Shown: positions 50,345 to 63,230 of the stretch, one piece after another
How the letters are laid out: each line of letters starts with the position of its first letter
How positions within the stretch are numbered: the first letter of the stretch is position 1
Origin: Chiloscyllium plagiosum
Taxonomy: Eukaryota
Length of the DNA stretch: 64,000 nucleotides
Direction of reading: 5' to 3'
NCBI RefSeq assembly: GCF_004010195.1
Contig: NC_057719.1
Span: forward strand, 70,730,692 to 70,794,691
Translations under genes and position numbers: made by a program
Notes under the pieces: generated by a model
Database searches by the model: none
What the model saw: the letters and a program-made list of their open reading frames with translations, nothing else
Told to the model about the DNA's origin: nothing

Positions 50345-52405
50345 TGGCCCTCTCGATTATGACAAGATCTATTCTCCTGCTTCCTCCCCATAACACTCGA
50401 TTTCCTTGATACTCAAGAACCTATCTATCTAATTCTTAAATATACTCAATGATCTGGCCTACACAGCCTTCTGTGGCAATGAATTCCATAGATTCACTAC
50501 TCTCTGGCTGAAGAATTTTCTCCTTATTTCCATTCTAAAAGGTCTTCTCTTTACTCTAAGGCTATGCCCTCATGTCCTATTCTCTCCTATCAATGGAAAC
50601 ATCTTCCCAGCATCCACTATGTCCTTGCCATTCAGTACTCTGTAAGTTTCAATTAGACTCCCCCTTGTTCTTCTAGACTTTGTTGAGTATAGACCCAGAA
50701 TCCTCAAATGTTCCTCATATGTTAAGTTTCTCATTCCTGGGACCATTCTCATGAACTTCCTCTGAACATGCTTCCTGAGATATGGAGCCCAAAACTGCAC
50801 ACAAATGTGTTCCGACCAGAGCCTTATAGAGCTTCAGAAGTACATCCTTTCTTTTATATTCAAGTCCTCTCAAAATAAATGCCATCATTGCATATGACTT
50901 CCTAACTACTGACTCATCTTGCAAGTTTACTTTGAGAGAATCCTGGACTAGAACTCCCAAGTCTCTTTGCACTTCAGACTTCTGAATTTTCTCCCCATTT
51001 AGAAAACAGTCCATGCCTCTATTCTTCCCATCAAAGAGCATGACCTCGCACTTTCCCATGTTGTTCTCCATCTGCCACTTCTTTGCCCAATCTCCTAACC
51101 TGTCCAAATGCTTCTGCAGCCTCCCCATCTCCTCAATGCTACCTGTCCCTCTACCTATCTTTGTATTGTATGCTAACTTAGCCAGAATGCCCTCAGTGCC
51201 TTCATCTAAACCATGAATGTACAAAGTGGTCCTAACACTGAGCCTTGCGGAACACCATTTGTCACCGGCTGCCATCCTGAGAAGGATCCTTTTATCCCCA
51301 CTCTACTTTCTACCAGACAGTGAGGCTTCTAACCATCCTAGCACCTTGCCTCTAACACCACAGATCTTATCTTACTCAGTGGCCTCCTGTGTGGCATCTT
51401 GTCAAAGGCCTTCTTGAGGTCCACATTGATAACATCCATTGGCTCTCCTTAGTCTAACCTGCTCATTACTTCTTCAAAAAATTCCAGCAGATTTGTCAGG
51501 CATGACCTCCCCTTGATGAAATCATGCTGACTTTTCTCTATTTTCCCTACACTTCCAAATATTCTGAAATCTCATCCTTCATAATGAATTCCAGGATCTT
51601 ACCCATGACCGAGGTTTGGCTAATCAGTCTGCAATTTTCCATATTTTGCCTTACTCCCTTTTTAAACAGGGGTGTTATGTTGGTGATTTTCCAATCCTCT
51701 GGGACCCTCCCTGATTCTAGCAATTCCTGAAAGATCACCACTTACATTTTCACTATCTCTTCAGCTATCTTCCTTAGAACTCTTGGGTGTAGTCCATCTG
51801 GTCCAGGTTATTTATCCACCTTCAGGCCATTCAGTTTTTCTAGCACCTTCTCCTTGATGGTCACCATACTCAGCTCTGCCCCCTCACTCGCTCTTTTTTT
51901 TTGGATATTATTTGTGTCTTCCATGTGAAGACTGACGCAAATTATTCAGATCTTCAGCCATTTCCATGTTCCCCACTACTATCTCTCCAGTGTCATTTTC
52001 CAGTGGACCAATGTCCACTTTTGCCTCTCTTTTGCCCTTTATATATCTAAAGAAATTCTTATAGCCTCCCTTCATATTACTGGCTAGTTTACCCTCATAT
52101 TTAATCTTATCCCTCCTTATTTCTTTTTTTTTTGTTGCCCTTTGTTGGTCTTTGTGAGTTGCCCAATCCTCTAGTTTCCCATTGCCGTTCATCACATTAT
52201 ATGCTTTCTCTTTTGCTTTTATGCTATCCCTAACTTCCCTAGTTGGCCATGGTTGCCTCATCCTCTCTGTACCATACTGCTTTTCCCTTGGGATGAATCT
52301 CTGCTGTGTCTCCTGAATTACTCCCAAAAACTCCTGCCATTGGTGTTCCATGGTCTTTCCTGCTAGGCTCCTCTCCCAGTCAATTCTACACAGCTTCCCC
52401 CTCAA
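50345..52405 (-). mobile_element. CR1 LINE ORF2 (RT and upstream), inserted into the older CR1
   Basis: ORFs read GRVPEDWKITNITPLFKKG, LAKLAYNTKIG..LQKHLDRLGDWAKKWQM, QRDLGVLVQDSLK and FFRYIKGKREAKVDIGPL. Confidence 0.92.
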
Positions 52406-52799
52406 GTCTCTATTAGCACTTTTCTTATCTGTTATCTGTTTATAATGTCCTTCAACCTGAAGACTGATGCAAAATATTGTTTTAAATTATCGACTACTTC
52501 CCTGTCTCCAGTAGCATCCTCCACTTACTTTTGCTAATGTCATTTCTTTTCCTATACCCAAAGATGTTTACACGATTTGTTTATTGAAGTTAATTGGCAA
52601 AAAGAAAATCAATTTCCTCCCTTAATTTATCTTTTATTCATCGACTGCTCGTTTCTAAAACGTATTTAGACACTTTGGTCTACCATTAGTTTTCAATGCT
52701 TTGTATACCTTGGTATTTGATTTGACACATCCTTAACCACACTGAGTTTTAGTTTCTTGTCTTTTTTGGTGGTGACAGAAGTGTTTTCCAGATTTGAAA

Positions 52800-53040
52800 A
52801 TCTTGTTCAATTGTAGACTTCACAATTAAATGTGAGGTCTTCAATCTCTTTTGAGACCTCTAGCCCCCACACTGCTGTTGGAGCCCCAGTTGTCCACCTG
52901 GTAATGTCTAAGTGTCTCCATTGTATTTTTTCAAGTACATCTTCCTGAAGGGAAGCTTGAATAAATAATTTTTGGTCAGACACTAGCAAATTGTCCATGA
53001 TTGTGAAATGCTGACAGTGCTCAAACTAAATGTTCTCAGT
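52800..53040 (-). mobile_element. Gypsy integrase zinc-binding-domain fragment
   Basis: DNLLVSDQKLFIQASLQEDVLEKIQWRHLDITR..APTAVWG..VSKEIEDLTFNCEV resembles LLxxxRLVIPxSLRxxILxxLHxGHxGIxK..VWWPG..IExxxxxCxxC. Confidence 0.72.
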
Positions 53041-53499
53041 CAACTCCCATGTCGTGTCAGTTGGAGCAGTCGCACAATCAGGCAGCTTGCCTTGCTGGTC
53101 AGCAGTCCGTAATCATGAGTCACTCAAGACCCCTCCCACCAATAGCACCTGTGCTATTCCTGCCTTGGCTGAGGTGGATTAAGGACCTGCATTCTTACCC
53201 CTGCCTGTGAGAATGAAAGTACATGGTAAATTGCCAAGAAAACAGTTCAGAATGAGGCATCAGCAGACAATGATGATCAGACAGTGGTTAGACAGTGCTC
53301 TCATATCACGTTGCACAATAGTGCCAATCTCACAGCAGCAAGACATGCCAGCAGCAAACACACTGCATATGCCGCAAGCAGGCAGACATGGCTCCCCAGT
53401 GGTAGGGGAATGGTCTTCACTGAAGTCCATGGAGACACTCATCTGTCAGGCGATGCTGAAAAGTTATCTATTCTTCCTGCTGCCTTGGGAAAGCAGTCA

Positions 53500-53825
53500 A
53501 CATAAACAAAGACCTCTCCCATCTTGGTCATGTACTTTTTCACCCAGCTCCATTGGGCAGAAGATATAAAATTTTGCATACACGTACAAATAGATTTAAG
53601 AACCGCTTCTTTCCTGCTGTTATTTAACTTCTGAATGGACCTCTCAAATTTTAAATTTAATGTTGATCTTACACTCTGTGTAGCCATTACATTGTATCCA
53701 TTGCTCTGTTCTATTACCCTAATGCACTTTGTATGATATGATCTGCCTGTACTGCATACAAAATAAAACTTTTCCACTGTATCTAGGTCCATACAACAGT
53801 AATAAATCAAATCAGATCAAGTCAA
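53500..53825 (+). mobile_element. Rex1/Babar LINE 3' end
   Basis: Reverse-complement match to the 3' UTRs at 14226-14500 and 27634-27900. Ends AATAAATCAAATCAGATCAAG. Confidence 0.8.
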
Positions 53826-55369
53826 GGGCAGATTACTTGGCAAACGCACTGCATGAGCAGCGAGCAAGCAGCCATGTCTTGTGGTCTCAGCAGAGTGGTC
53901 CTCACCAAAGTCCATGGAAACACCAATTTGTCAAGATCCCCCTAACCATGGATGATTGTCTCTCCCAGTTGCTATCCATGCTTTATCTATTCAAATACAG
54001 TTGTTCTCCTTCATAATTGTTCTACTATCATCTCTCTCCCTAAATTGCAGCTCTGAACCCTATGAATAGATACCCGAGTCTCTTTCCCACAGCACAGCTC
54101 CCTTCCATCCCCAATCCCCTTACCCCTTAGTTTCCCTGGATGGACCCAAGGAGCTGATCATGGTCCAGCCCCTGGAGCAACCTAAGTGGACAGCCCTTGA
54201 TGAGAATTTTCTGTTCCATGACAATAACCAAGTGGATTCAGGCTTTGAATCTGGCATATAAATTTCCTTGATCAACCCCGAAATATTATACCAATGTGAC
54301 TACACCACCTTTCTTTTTCTTCTTCCTATGACCCACTTAAGCTCTTTGGCTGAGTTGGCTCATATGGCTAGTAGGGGACTTCCAACAATGCCAACAGCAC
54401 ATGTTCTATTCCTGCCTTGCATGAGATAGATTAAGGACCTGCGTTCTCACCCCTGCCTGTGAGAATGAAAGGACATGGGAAATTGCCAAGAAAACAGTTC
54501 AGAATGAGACAACAGCAGACAACTGGTTGGACAGTGCTCTTGTATTGCACCATACTGACCCATTTCAATATGTTAAAATCAAGAACACTTAATTCCTATT
54601 CCTGCCCACATTTACCCCAGAGTTAAAAAATCATCTGATGTCATGCCACAGTCTCTCTGAGCTCCTCCCACTCTCCCACTTTCACTGTTAATAGATCCGA
54701 GGTACAAAACCTGGAGTTCCTTGGAGCTGTCTATTTGTACACTGACAATAACTCTGCACAGAGTGAAGGTATGAATTTCTGGGGCAGAATCTTTTCAAAG
54801 GTGCCAATATGTTAGCTTGTATGACAGCACAAATAACCTGTGAAATTTGGTGCTAATTCCAATATTTTGCTCAATAAATCTTACCACAAAAGGAAAAGAA
54901 TAAGAGAGAAAGAATTGTCTGGAGAAAATTGGCAAGAAATAAATTTTAATGTACACACCCTTGTTGACAACCTGACGATATAATAGGTTGTGAAAGTTTT
55001 ATTACTATTATTCATTAATACCGATACTGGTTTGCAAAGCAATTGTCATGATGGATTAGTCATGGCTCCAAGAGATTACAGGTATTAATGTACAAATTGT
55101 AAATGTGCTCTTTTATTGGAAAAATATTGGACAGTAAATTAAAGAAAGCTTTAATGGAAAAATACATAAATAATGTACTAGATTCTAACTTGTTTTAAAT
55201 TTTACAATTTGTAAATGTAAGTCTTGAACTTACATTTTATATTCCAAAGTTGTCAGAAGTTGTCTAGTCAATTTCTGAATGCAATGAAACTTCAACTGCA
55301 TGAATTAACAGGAAAGAATTTCTATTTATATAGCAGCTGGCTGCCTGAGCTTGTTGGATCAAAAAATAA

Positions 55370-55955
55370 AGAATGAAAGCTCACTAAATCTTTACAAATC
55401 ACTGTTTAGGTCTCAGCTGAAATCTTGTTGGTCCAAATTTTTGTTCCAAATTTTAAGGACGATGGCTTTGCCATGGAGCAGATGCAAAAGAAATGCACTA
55501 GAATGATAGCAGGGATGTGCAATTATGTGCACAGGGTAGAGAAACTTGGATGGTTCTTCTCAGAACAGAGAAGGTTAAGCTTAAGGCTAATGGAGGTGTC
55601 CAAAATTATGATAAGTTTTTAAGTTAGTAAATAAGAAGAAACTGTTTCTGCTGGTGCAACAGTCATAGTCAGAGAACAAGAGATTATAAAATAAGTAGCA
55701 GAAGTACTACTGGAGAGATGAGGTACAATGTTTTTATGTAGTGAGTTGTCGTGATCTGGAATGCCCTATTTGTAATAGTGGTGGAAGCAAGTTGCATAGC
55801 AGCTTTCTAAAGGGATTGGAAAAGGTGCTTGAGAGGAAAAATCTACTTGACTACTGACAAAAATACAGGGAAATGAGAATCATTGGATGGAACTTTTTAA
55901 AGGGGCAGCACAAGCACAAGTGACTAAAAAGTTTCATTTTGTGATGTACAATTCT
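55370..55955 (+). mobile_element. Old CR1 LINE 3' end
   Basis: VEKLGWFFSEQRRLS..LMEVSKIM and GATCTGGAATGCCCT. Confidence 0.75.
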
Positions 55956-56611
55956 AAATTTGATTCTCTTATTCTCTGATTTTCTGCTCTTACCACATTC
56001 TTTTGTAATATCCCTTTGGACTTTTTAAGTAACTAATTATCTTGAAATGTAACTACGATATAGCCATTATAAAATACATCTTGACGACAGAAAAAGGCCT
56101 TAAATAACAATGTATTGCATGAGTGGTTAATGGATTTTTGATTGAGGAAGGAATTCAACCATAATATTTTGAGAGTTTCTTGTTCTTCAAATAGTTATAT
56201 TTTCAGAGTTAATATTCTAAGATCAGGATCCTGTAACCTATGATACTCCAGCATGCTCCTCCAACTCCTCACTTTCATCATCATCTAAGGTTTTCAGGCC
56301 CTCAAGCTTTCTCTGATGTCAGCTCCAATCCTTTCTGTGCCAACACATCCTTTGGGACAAAGCACAAAGCAACCATATTGAAGAACTCTGGGGCAGGCTG
56401 ATGGCTACTATGAAATAAAGGATTAATACTCAAATGTATAAGTATTATTTTAATGGTGATGTAAGAGATCACATAATGGAGAGAATCTGAATAGATATTA
56501 ATGTGCAGATATCTTGCTAAGTTTAGGAGTGTAAATAGTTTATAGAATTTTGGATAAAAGTTAATCTTAGTAAGACTTTAGAATCCAACAATCCCTCTGA
56601 AGTAATGATAT

Positions 56612-56895
56612 GCTGATGCCAGTGTTGGACTGGGGTGAACAAAGTCAGAAGTCACATGACACCAAGTTATAGTCCGACAGATGACTTCACCTGACAAAAG
56701 AGCAGCACCTCAAAAGCTTGTGATTTTAAGTAAATATTCCTTGGAGCTGTCTATTTGTACACTGACAATAACTCTGCACAGATTGGAGGCATGAATTTCG
56801 AGGCCAGGATCATTCCAAAGGTGCCAATGTGTTCGCTTGTATGACAGCACAAATAACCTTTTGGACTGTAATCTGGTGTCATGTGGCTTCTGTCT
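56612..56895. mobile_element. Fold-back Penelope-type repeat of another subfamily, with a 123-bp foreign insert
   Basis: AGAAGTCACATGACACCAAGTTATAGTCC is inverted relative to GGACTGTAATCTGGTGTCATGTGGCTTCT. Degenerate hammerhead CAC-CUGACAA-...-AAAAGCUU-GUG at 56688-56722. Confidence 0.7.
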
Positions 56896-57958
56896 CTAAA
56901 CTAAGGTAGAGCACCCAACCTCTTTCAAAGAGTCTCCACCACAGTTACAGTTGGTGGCAGTGAATGATAGATCCAACAGCAAGAGAGCAGTGTGAGAAGC
57001 AGTCAGCACCACAGCAATGGTGAGAAACAAAATAACACAGGAAGCAAGTTTCACGGCGGGGGAAACCATGGAATAGACCCTTACACTATCAAAACCTTTC
57101 AAGCACATGAAGGCCCATGACAAAACTGGTGCAGGTGATTCATGACATATAGGAATGCTGCAGGGATACCAGCTTAAATTAAGACTAGGTCAATAGTTTT
57201 CTTTGTGTAGTTGATGAAAACAATCTAAGCAAGTGAGAATGCTCATCACATCATTGTGGGTTGTGTCAAATTTAATGGGTGCCATAGCTTCCTGTACTCA
57301 CCTCATTAGCTACCTCCTCCAATGATGTCCCTCACATCTGATTCCAGGCCCATCTTCACAGCCATCATATCATTCTCCTGACTGATGCAGTTGTGGGCTG
57401 CGATTATGTATCTTAGAGATGTTATGAGCAGATTCCTGGAAGGAACTGAACATAATAAAACATGACAAAAATCAGCAATGTGAATCAGTTAGTCCTTTTG
57501 GATTGTAATCATCTTTCAAGAGACTGCAGAGGTCTGGAATCACCAGCCATGACAAACTTCAAGTTTGGAAGTGTTGCTATTCTGAGATGTTGAAGAGCTG
57601 ACCCTCCACCTACGGACTCTGTGCTGACAGCATTTCTTCCTTTGAGGTAAGCCATGTGTCCATGCCTTCTGCTCTGTTCAGTTGCAAGTGGCTGTGGAAA
57701 AGGCATCAGCTAGTGTTTCTGGAGTTGCTTCCTTTGTCACTTCAACTGCAGGAACTGGAGGGAGCTGTGCCTGCTCCTCAGAGCTCATACTACAGGCAGG
57801 TCACACAGAAAACAAAGTAAGATTACTCTCAGTAAAATACAAGGTCTTCACATATATTTCACCAGTGAATTTAATCTAACAGATCTACTCCTGTGAGAAC
57901 TAACCTTTCATTTTAGCTAACAAATTCTTACTGGTCATTTATACTGCTCATAGTTTCA

Positions 57959-58046
57959 AGAGTCAAGAATGTGGTGCTGGAAAAGCACAGTACGTCAGCA
58001 GCATCCGAGGAGCAGGAAAATCAACGTTTCGGGCATATGACCTTCA
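57959..58046 (-). mobile_element. Short Penelope-derived insertion
   Basis: GTGGTGCTGGAAAAGCACAG...AAATCAACGTTTCGGGCATATGACCTTCATCA. Possible TSD TCATAGTTTCA / TCATAGTCTCA. Confidence 0.78.
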
Positions 58047-58419
58047 TCATAGTCTCACTCCAGATCACAGATCTGAACTGTTAACTCTGTTTCTCTCTCC
58101 CCACCCATACTGCTAACTTGCTGGATCCACAGAATTCTACTTTTTGACCTATTTCACTCTGAAGAGTTCCTGCTGTGTGCTTGACTTCTCAACACGTTGC
58201 TGTTGAAAATTGAAAGATGTGATGTTGAAATAAAAACATTTAATTAACTTTTTAACCACTCCAATTGCTTCCCCATCAGCCCAGGGGGCTCATCATGGAC
58301 TCTCAAAGCATTCTGGGAAAGGTGGAAGAGGATGGGATGATGTCAGCTTCAGAGCTGGTCAAGTTTGTAAAATTCGGTCCTTTAATGGGAGGAAATACAA
58401 CTGAGTTGAATTTAAGTTA

Positions 58420-58760
58420 AGCAATGGCCTAGTAGTATCATCACTAGACTATCAATCCAGAAACTCAGCTAATATTCTGGAATTCTGGTTCAATTCCTGC
58501 CATGGCAGTTGGTGAAATTTGAATTCAGTAAAACGTATCTGGCATTAAGAATCTATTGATGACCATGAAACCATTGCTAATTGTCGGGAAAGACTCATTT
58601 GATTCACTTCTGTCCTCCAGGAAGGAAATCTGCCATCCTCAGCTGATCTGGCCTACAGACCCACAGCAATATGGTTGACTCTTAGCTGTCTTCTGGGCAA
58701 TTAAGGATGGGCACTAAATGCTGGCCTAGCCAGCGGTGCCCTTATCCCATGAATGAATGT
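58420..58760 (+). mobile_element. tRNA-derived SINE (non-HE1 family), near full length
   Basis: A box TGGCCTAGTAG, B box GGTTCAATTCC, and LINE-like tail GGGCAATTAAGGATGGGCACTAAATGCTGGCCTAGCCAG...ATGAATGAAT. Confidence 0.82.
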
Positions 58761-59339
58761 ATAAAAAAGAAGTTAGAGGTGAGGTGAAAGTGAGGAGCTA
58801 GTGTGTAATCTTCAAAGCTGGAAGAATGAATGGATTTCTGGCAAGTGTGTTGGATTTAACAGCAGGACCAAATTGCTTTTGTTTCTTTCTCATTCGTAGC
58901 TACAGCCAGCCAGATAGTGGCCGAGGAACTGTTAGCTTGTAGGCCTATGACAACAGGTCAAGTCAGGGAGTTCAGTGCAGTTGGGAAGATCACAGGATCA
59001 GAACAGGGAGCAGATAGGAATGAAGCCACTCAATATTTGGACAGCAGTAGGCTGGAGTCAGGGGAAGTTGGAGGTCACAGAGGATAGAGATCAGGTTAGA
59101 ACAGAGGAATCAGAGAAAGAGTTTGGGTAGGTGGGGTGGAGGGAAGATTTATATTGTTCACTTCACAGGGGAGATCCGAAGAATCTGGCAATATATCCTC
59201 ATGCAGAGTTGGTACAGCAGCTATACTGAACCTCACAGGTAGTTGGAATGGTGCTGATCTCTTGGATCACCTCCCTTTATGGAACAGGCTTCTCAAGGCC
59301 TGGATATCTCAGCAAGCCTGAATTCAACTAAAATGGTGG

Positions 59340-61490
59340 TTACATAAGAGTATTGCAACCAGAATATAATATTCAAGTTCAAGAATAGAGTCAAGGTATA
59401 TTCCCGGGAAGGGGAAAGGAAACACAAACAAATCCAGAGCTCCCTGAATTATGAAGTAGATAGGAATTAAGATGAAGCAGAAAATTAGTACAAATGACAG
59501 ATCTCCAGTAGAGAGAAACAATGATGAATCAGGCTCAATATGGATGGCTCAGAGAATAATTAAAAAAACAAATAAGAAAAAGCAGAGAAGAGACTATGAG
59601 TTCACATAAAAGGAAATCCAAAAGACCTCCGGAGGCATTTAGGGAACAAAATGGAGCAAGAAGGCAGAAGACATTGATGAGATCTAAGTTTTGCAGTTCC
59701 CTTACCAAGGAGAAAAGATGCTGCACAAGGCCAGGTAAAAGAGAAAATGGTCCAGACACCAGCTTCATTTAAGATTGATAGCGAGATGGTGTTCAGTCGA
59801 CTCTACTTAAACATGATAAGGCAAAGTTAAAGTTTATGAATAACAATGAGTAGCAACCTAGATATGAGCTGGCTAATTGAAACTGAAAATGGCAATTAAA
59901 TTGATGTTTTTCAGACTGGAGGTAGGTTTGCAGTGGAGTTCCACAAAGTGCAATTCCAAGAAGGATATGTGAGCAGACAGACCTTGGTGTACATGTGTAT
60001 AAACCATTAAATAGAACATGGAACATAGAACATTGCAGCACAGTACAGGCCCTTCAGCCGTCATGTTGCGCCGATCAACAAAATTAATCTGATGCCCACT
60101 TAGCCTACACCATTACATTATTATCCATATGTACGTCCAATGTCCATTTAAATGCCCTGAATGTCGGCAAGTCTACTACTGTTGCAGACAGGCCCTTCCA
60201 CGTCCCTACTACTCCGAGTACAGAAATTACCCCTCATATCTGTCCTAAATTTATCACCCCTCAATTTAAAGCTATGTTCCCTCGTGTTAGCCTTCACCAT
60301 CCGAGGAAAAAGCTCTCACTGTCCACCCTATCTAACCCTCTGATTATCTTGTATGTCTCAATTAAGTCACCTCTTAACTTCTTCTCTCCAACGAAAACAG
60401 CCTCAGTTTCCTCAGCCTTTCATCTTAAGACTTTCCTTCCATACCAGGCAACATCCTAGGAAATCTCCTCTGAACCCTTTCCAAAGCTTCCACATCCTTC
60501 CTATAATGCGGTGACCAGAACTGCAAGCAATACTCCAGGTGCGGCCTTACCAATGTCTTGTACAGCTGAAGCATGACCTCATGGCTCCGAAACCAAACCC
60601 CCTACCAAGTGCCAACACACTATATGTCTTCTTAACAACCCTATCAACGTGGGTGGCAACTTTCAGGGATTTATGCACCTGGACACCGGGATCTCTCTGT
60701 TTATGTACACTGCCAAGAATTTTACCATTAGCCCAGTACTCTGCATTCCTGTTATTCTTCTGAAGTGTACTACCTCACACTTTTCTGCTTTAATCTCCAT
60801 TTACAACTTCTCAGCCCAGTTTTACATCTTATCTATGTCCCACAACATCCTTCGGCACTATCCACAACTCTGCCTGAATGTGTCAAGAGAATTCAGGAGA
60901 GATGTTAATAAAGAAGACAGCATTCTGAGTTTTATAAATAGTTATATGAAATACAAAAGCATGTACATTATGATAAGTGTGTGCAAAAATATTGATTCAG
61001 CCTCCGCTAAAATATTGTATTCTGTTCTGGGCACTGCACTTTAGGAAGAATGCAAAGACTTTACAATGAGTGTAACAAGATTCATGTGAATCCAGGAATG
61101 AGGAACTTCAGATCTGTAGATAGATTGGACAAATCAGATTGTTCTTCTTGGAAATGTGAAGAGGTGATTTCATAGAGATATTCAAAATCAAGAGGAGCTA
61201 GACAGAATGGATAGGGAGAAACAGTTCCCACGGGGGCAAGTTTCGAGAACCAGAGGACAGAGATCCAAGGTCATTGGCAAAAAGAAGCAATAGTAGCATG
61301 TGGTCAAGTGTATTCATGCATCAAGTGGTTAGAACCTGAAAGGGACTGACTGAGACCGTGATGGAGGCTGGTTCAATCAAACCATTCAAAATGGAATTGG
61401 ACCATTATCTGAAAAGGAAAGATTTGCAGAGTTTGGGAAAGGACAGGCGGATGACACTGGTAAATTGTTTTGAATGCTGAAAACCACACA
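59340..61490 (+). mobile_element. Old CR1 LINE fragments, interrupted by an antisense CR1 at 60011-60875
   Basis: Decayed ORF2 blocks. The AGACCTTGGTGTACATGTG block before the insertion continues after 60876. Confidence 0.65.
60011..60875 (-). mobile_element. CR1 LINE 3' end, similar to the 38671-41598 element
   Basis: (AGAACAT)n tail; reverse complement closely follows 40780-41600. Confidence 0.9.
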
Positions 61491-61504
61491 GATATGATGA
61501 TGGC

Positions 61505-62460
61505 AGGGGGTTGTTTTTTGGACTGAAGGACTGTGACCAGCAATGTTTCACAGGGATTGGTGTTGGGCCCACTTTTGTTTGTTAGCTAGATAAATGACTT
61601 AGCTGAGATTATAGAAGGCATGGTTAGTAAATTAGTGATGTAGTGAACAGTGAAGAAGGTTACCTAAGATTATAAAGATTTCCTGACCAATCAGGCTGAA
61701 ACATGGAAGATGATGTTCAATTTGGATAAATGCGAGGTGTTGCGTTTTGGAAAAACAAACAAAATCATTATACAATTAAAAGTAGGGCCTTGGGTAGTAT
61801 TGTAGGGCAGAGGGACATAATGATTCAGGTACATAATCCTTTGGAGTTTGCATCACATATAGACAGGGTGGTTAAAAAGCATGCTAGCCTTCATTGATCA
61901 GCCCTTCGAGTATAGGTGTTGAGATGTTATGTTGAGATTGTACAGAACTTTGGTGAGGCCTCTTCTGGTGTATTGTGTCAAATTCTGGTTGCCGTGTTAT
62001 AGGAAATATATTATTAAGCTGGAGAGGGTTCAGAAGAGATTTACCAGGACATTGCTGGAATGGAGGGTGTGAGTTATAACGAGAGGCTGGATAGGCTGGG
62101 ACTTTTTCACTGGAGTAGAAGAGATTTAGGGGTAACCTTACAAAGGTTCATACATTCATGGGGAGTATAGAAAAAGTGAAAAGCAGGTATCTTTTCCCTA
62201 GACTGAGGGATTTCAAGGAGAGAGGACGTATTTTTAAGGTGAGAGGAGAAAGAATGAAAGAAGACATTTGTGAGTGGAATTAATTTCCAAAGGAAGTGGT
62301 GGATATGGTTACAGTTACAATATTTAAAAACGTATTTGGATAAATACATGAATAAGAAATGTTTGAAGGGATATGGGCCAAGTGGAGGCAATTGGGACTA
62401 GTTTAGTTTGGGATTATGGTCAGCATTGACTAGTTGGATCTAAGAGTGTGTTTCTCTGAT
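61505..62460 (+). mobile_element. CR1 LINE 3' part (subfamily of 22419-23083)
   Basis: Shares TTTGCATCACATATAGACAGGGTG, GCTGGAGAGGGTTCAGAAGAGATTTACCAGGA and GGACTAGTTTAGTTT. Confidence 0.88.
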
Positions 62461-62939
62461 GCTATCACCCAAGAACCTTCTTTTGCGCTTTTACCATTAT
62501 ATGATTCTTAAACTGCCTCCATGACAACAAAAAAAATCCAAAAATGCTTAAGTCAGCCTTCCCCCAGAAAAAGTTCCGATGCTATAAAATTTCCAATTAA
62601 CAAAGAAGCAAATGAATCTTACCCATTCGGAGACCCTGAACAATGCCAGATCCTTTTTGTCATTTAAAATGGACCTGTCAGCAATTTAACTGGAAGAAAA
62701 GATGTTGCATGACAGAGACCTGTACATATATTTTCATGAATTTATGATTGGTAATCCGGTTCTCTTTCATTTGGTTCTGGCTAAATCACTGCGTCCAAAT
62801 TCCCAACATGATTCCCAGGAATGAATCTCTGTACCATGAGTACACTTCATAAACTCTGCCTTTCAGAGTGTTATATTAAAATTTCTACTGCTGGTGAGAT
62901 AGCTCATGAGACATTTGCAATTGACTCTTCTGCAGATTA

Positions 62940-63230
62940 AACTGCGTGAGAATTCCGAGAAGCATGGCATTCCAACCGGGACTCGATCAACAAACACATT
63001 GACTTGAATCCCATTTACCACCCCCTGAGAAAAAGAACAGGAAATGAAATCACTACTGGAAATGACATCACCACAGTAAATGACATCACCAACCCAAGGA
63101 AACCTAAACGCATAAACAGAAAGCGAGCCATACCATCAGCGCTTCATCTGGAGGCTCACTGATGATGATGATGGTGATGAAACGTCTGAAAACAAACCTT
63201 CCAGCTCAGCAAGCAAACCTACATCCAGAA
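62940..63230 (+). mobile_element. Penelope-like element 3' end (distinct family) with hammerhead core
   Basis: REFREAWHSNRDSINKHIDLNPIYHPL (C-terminus typical of PLE GIY-YIG ORFs), (AAATGACATCACC) repeats, and UCA-CUGAUGA-...-GAAACGUC-UGA at 63156-63189. Confidence 0.8.

Noticed and set aside
57677..57790. Minus-strand acceptor followed by MSSEEQAQLPPVPAVEVTKEATPETLADAFSTATCN*
   Set aside because: Low-complexity peptide ending in a stop with no homology clue. It could be a transposon remnant and cannot be supported as a host exon.
63045..63095. Short direct repeats resembling a repeat-spacer array
   Set aside because: Three ~15-bp tandem units inside a Penelope 3' region, without unique spacers or cas genes; not CRISPR.
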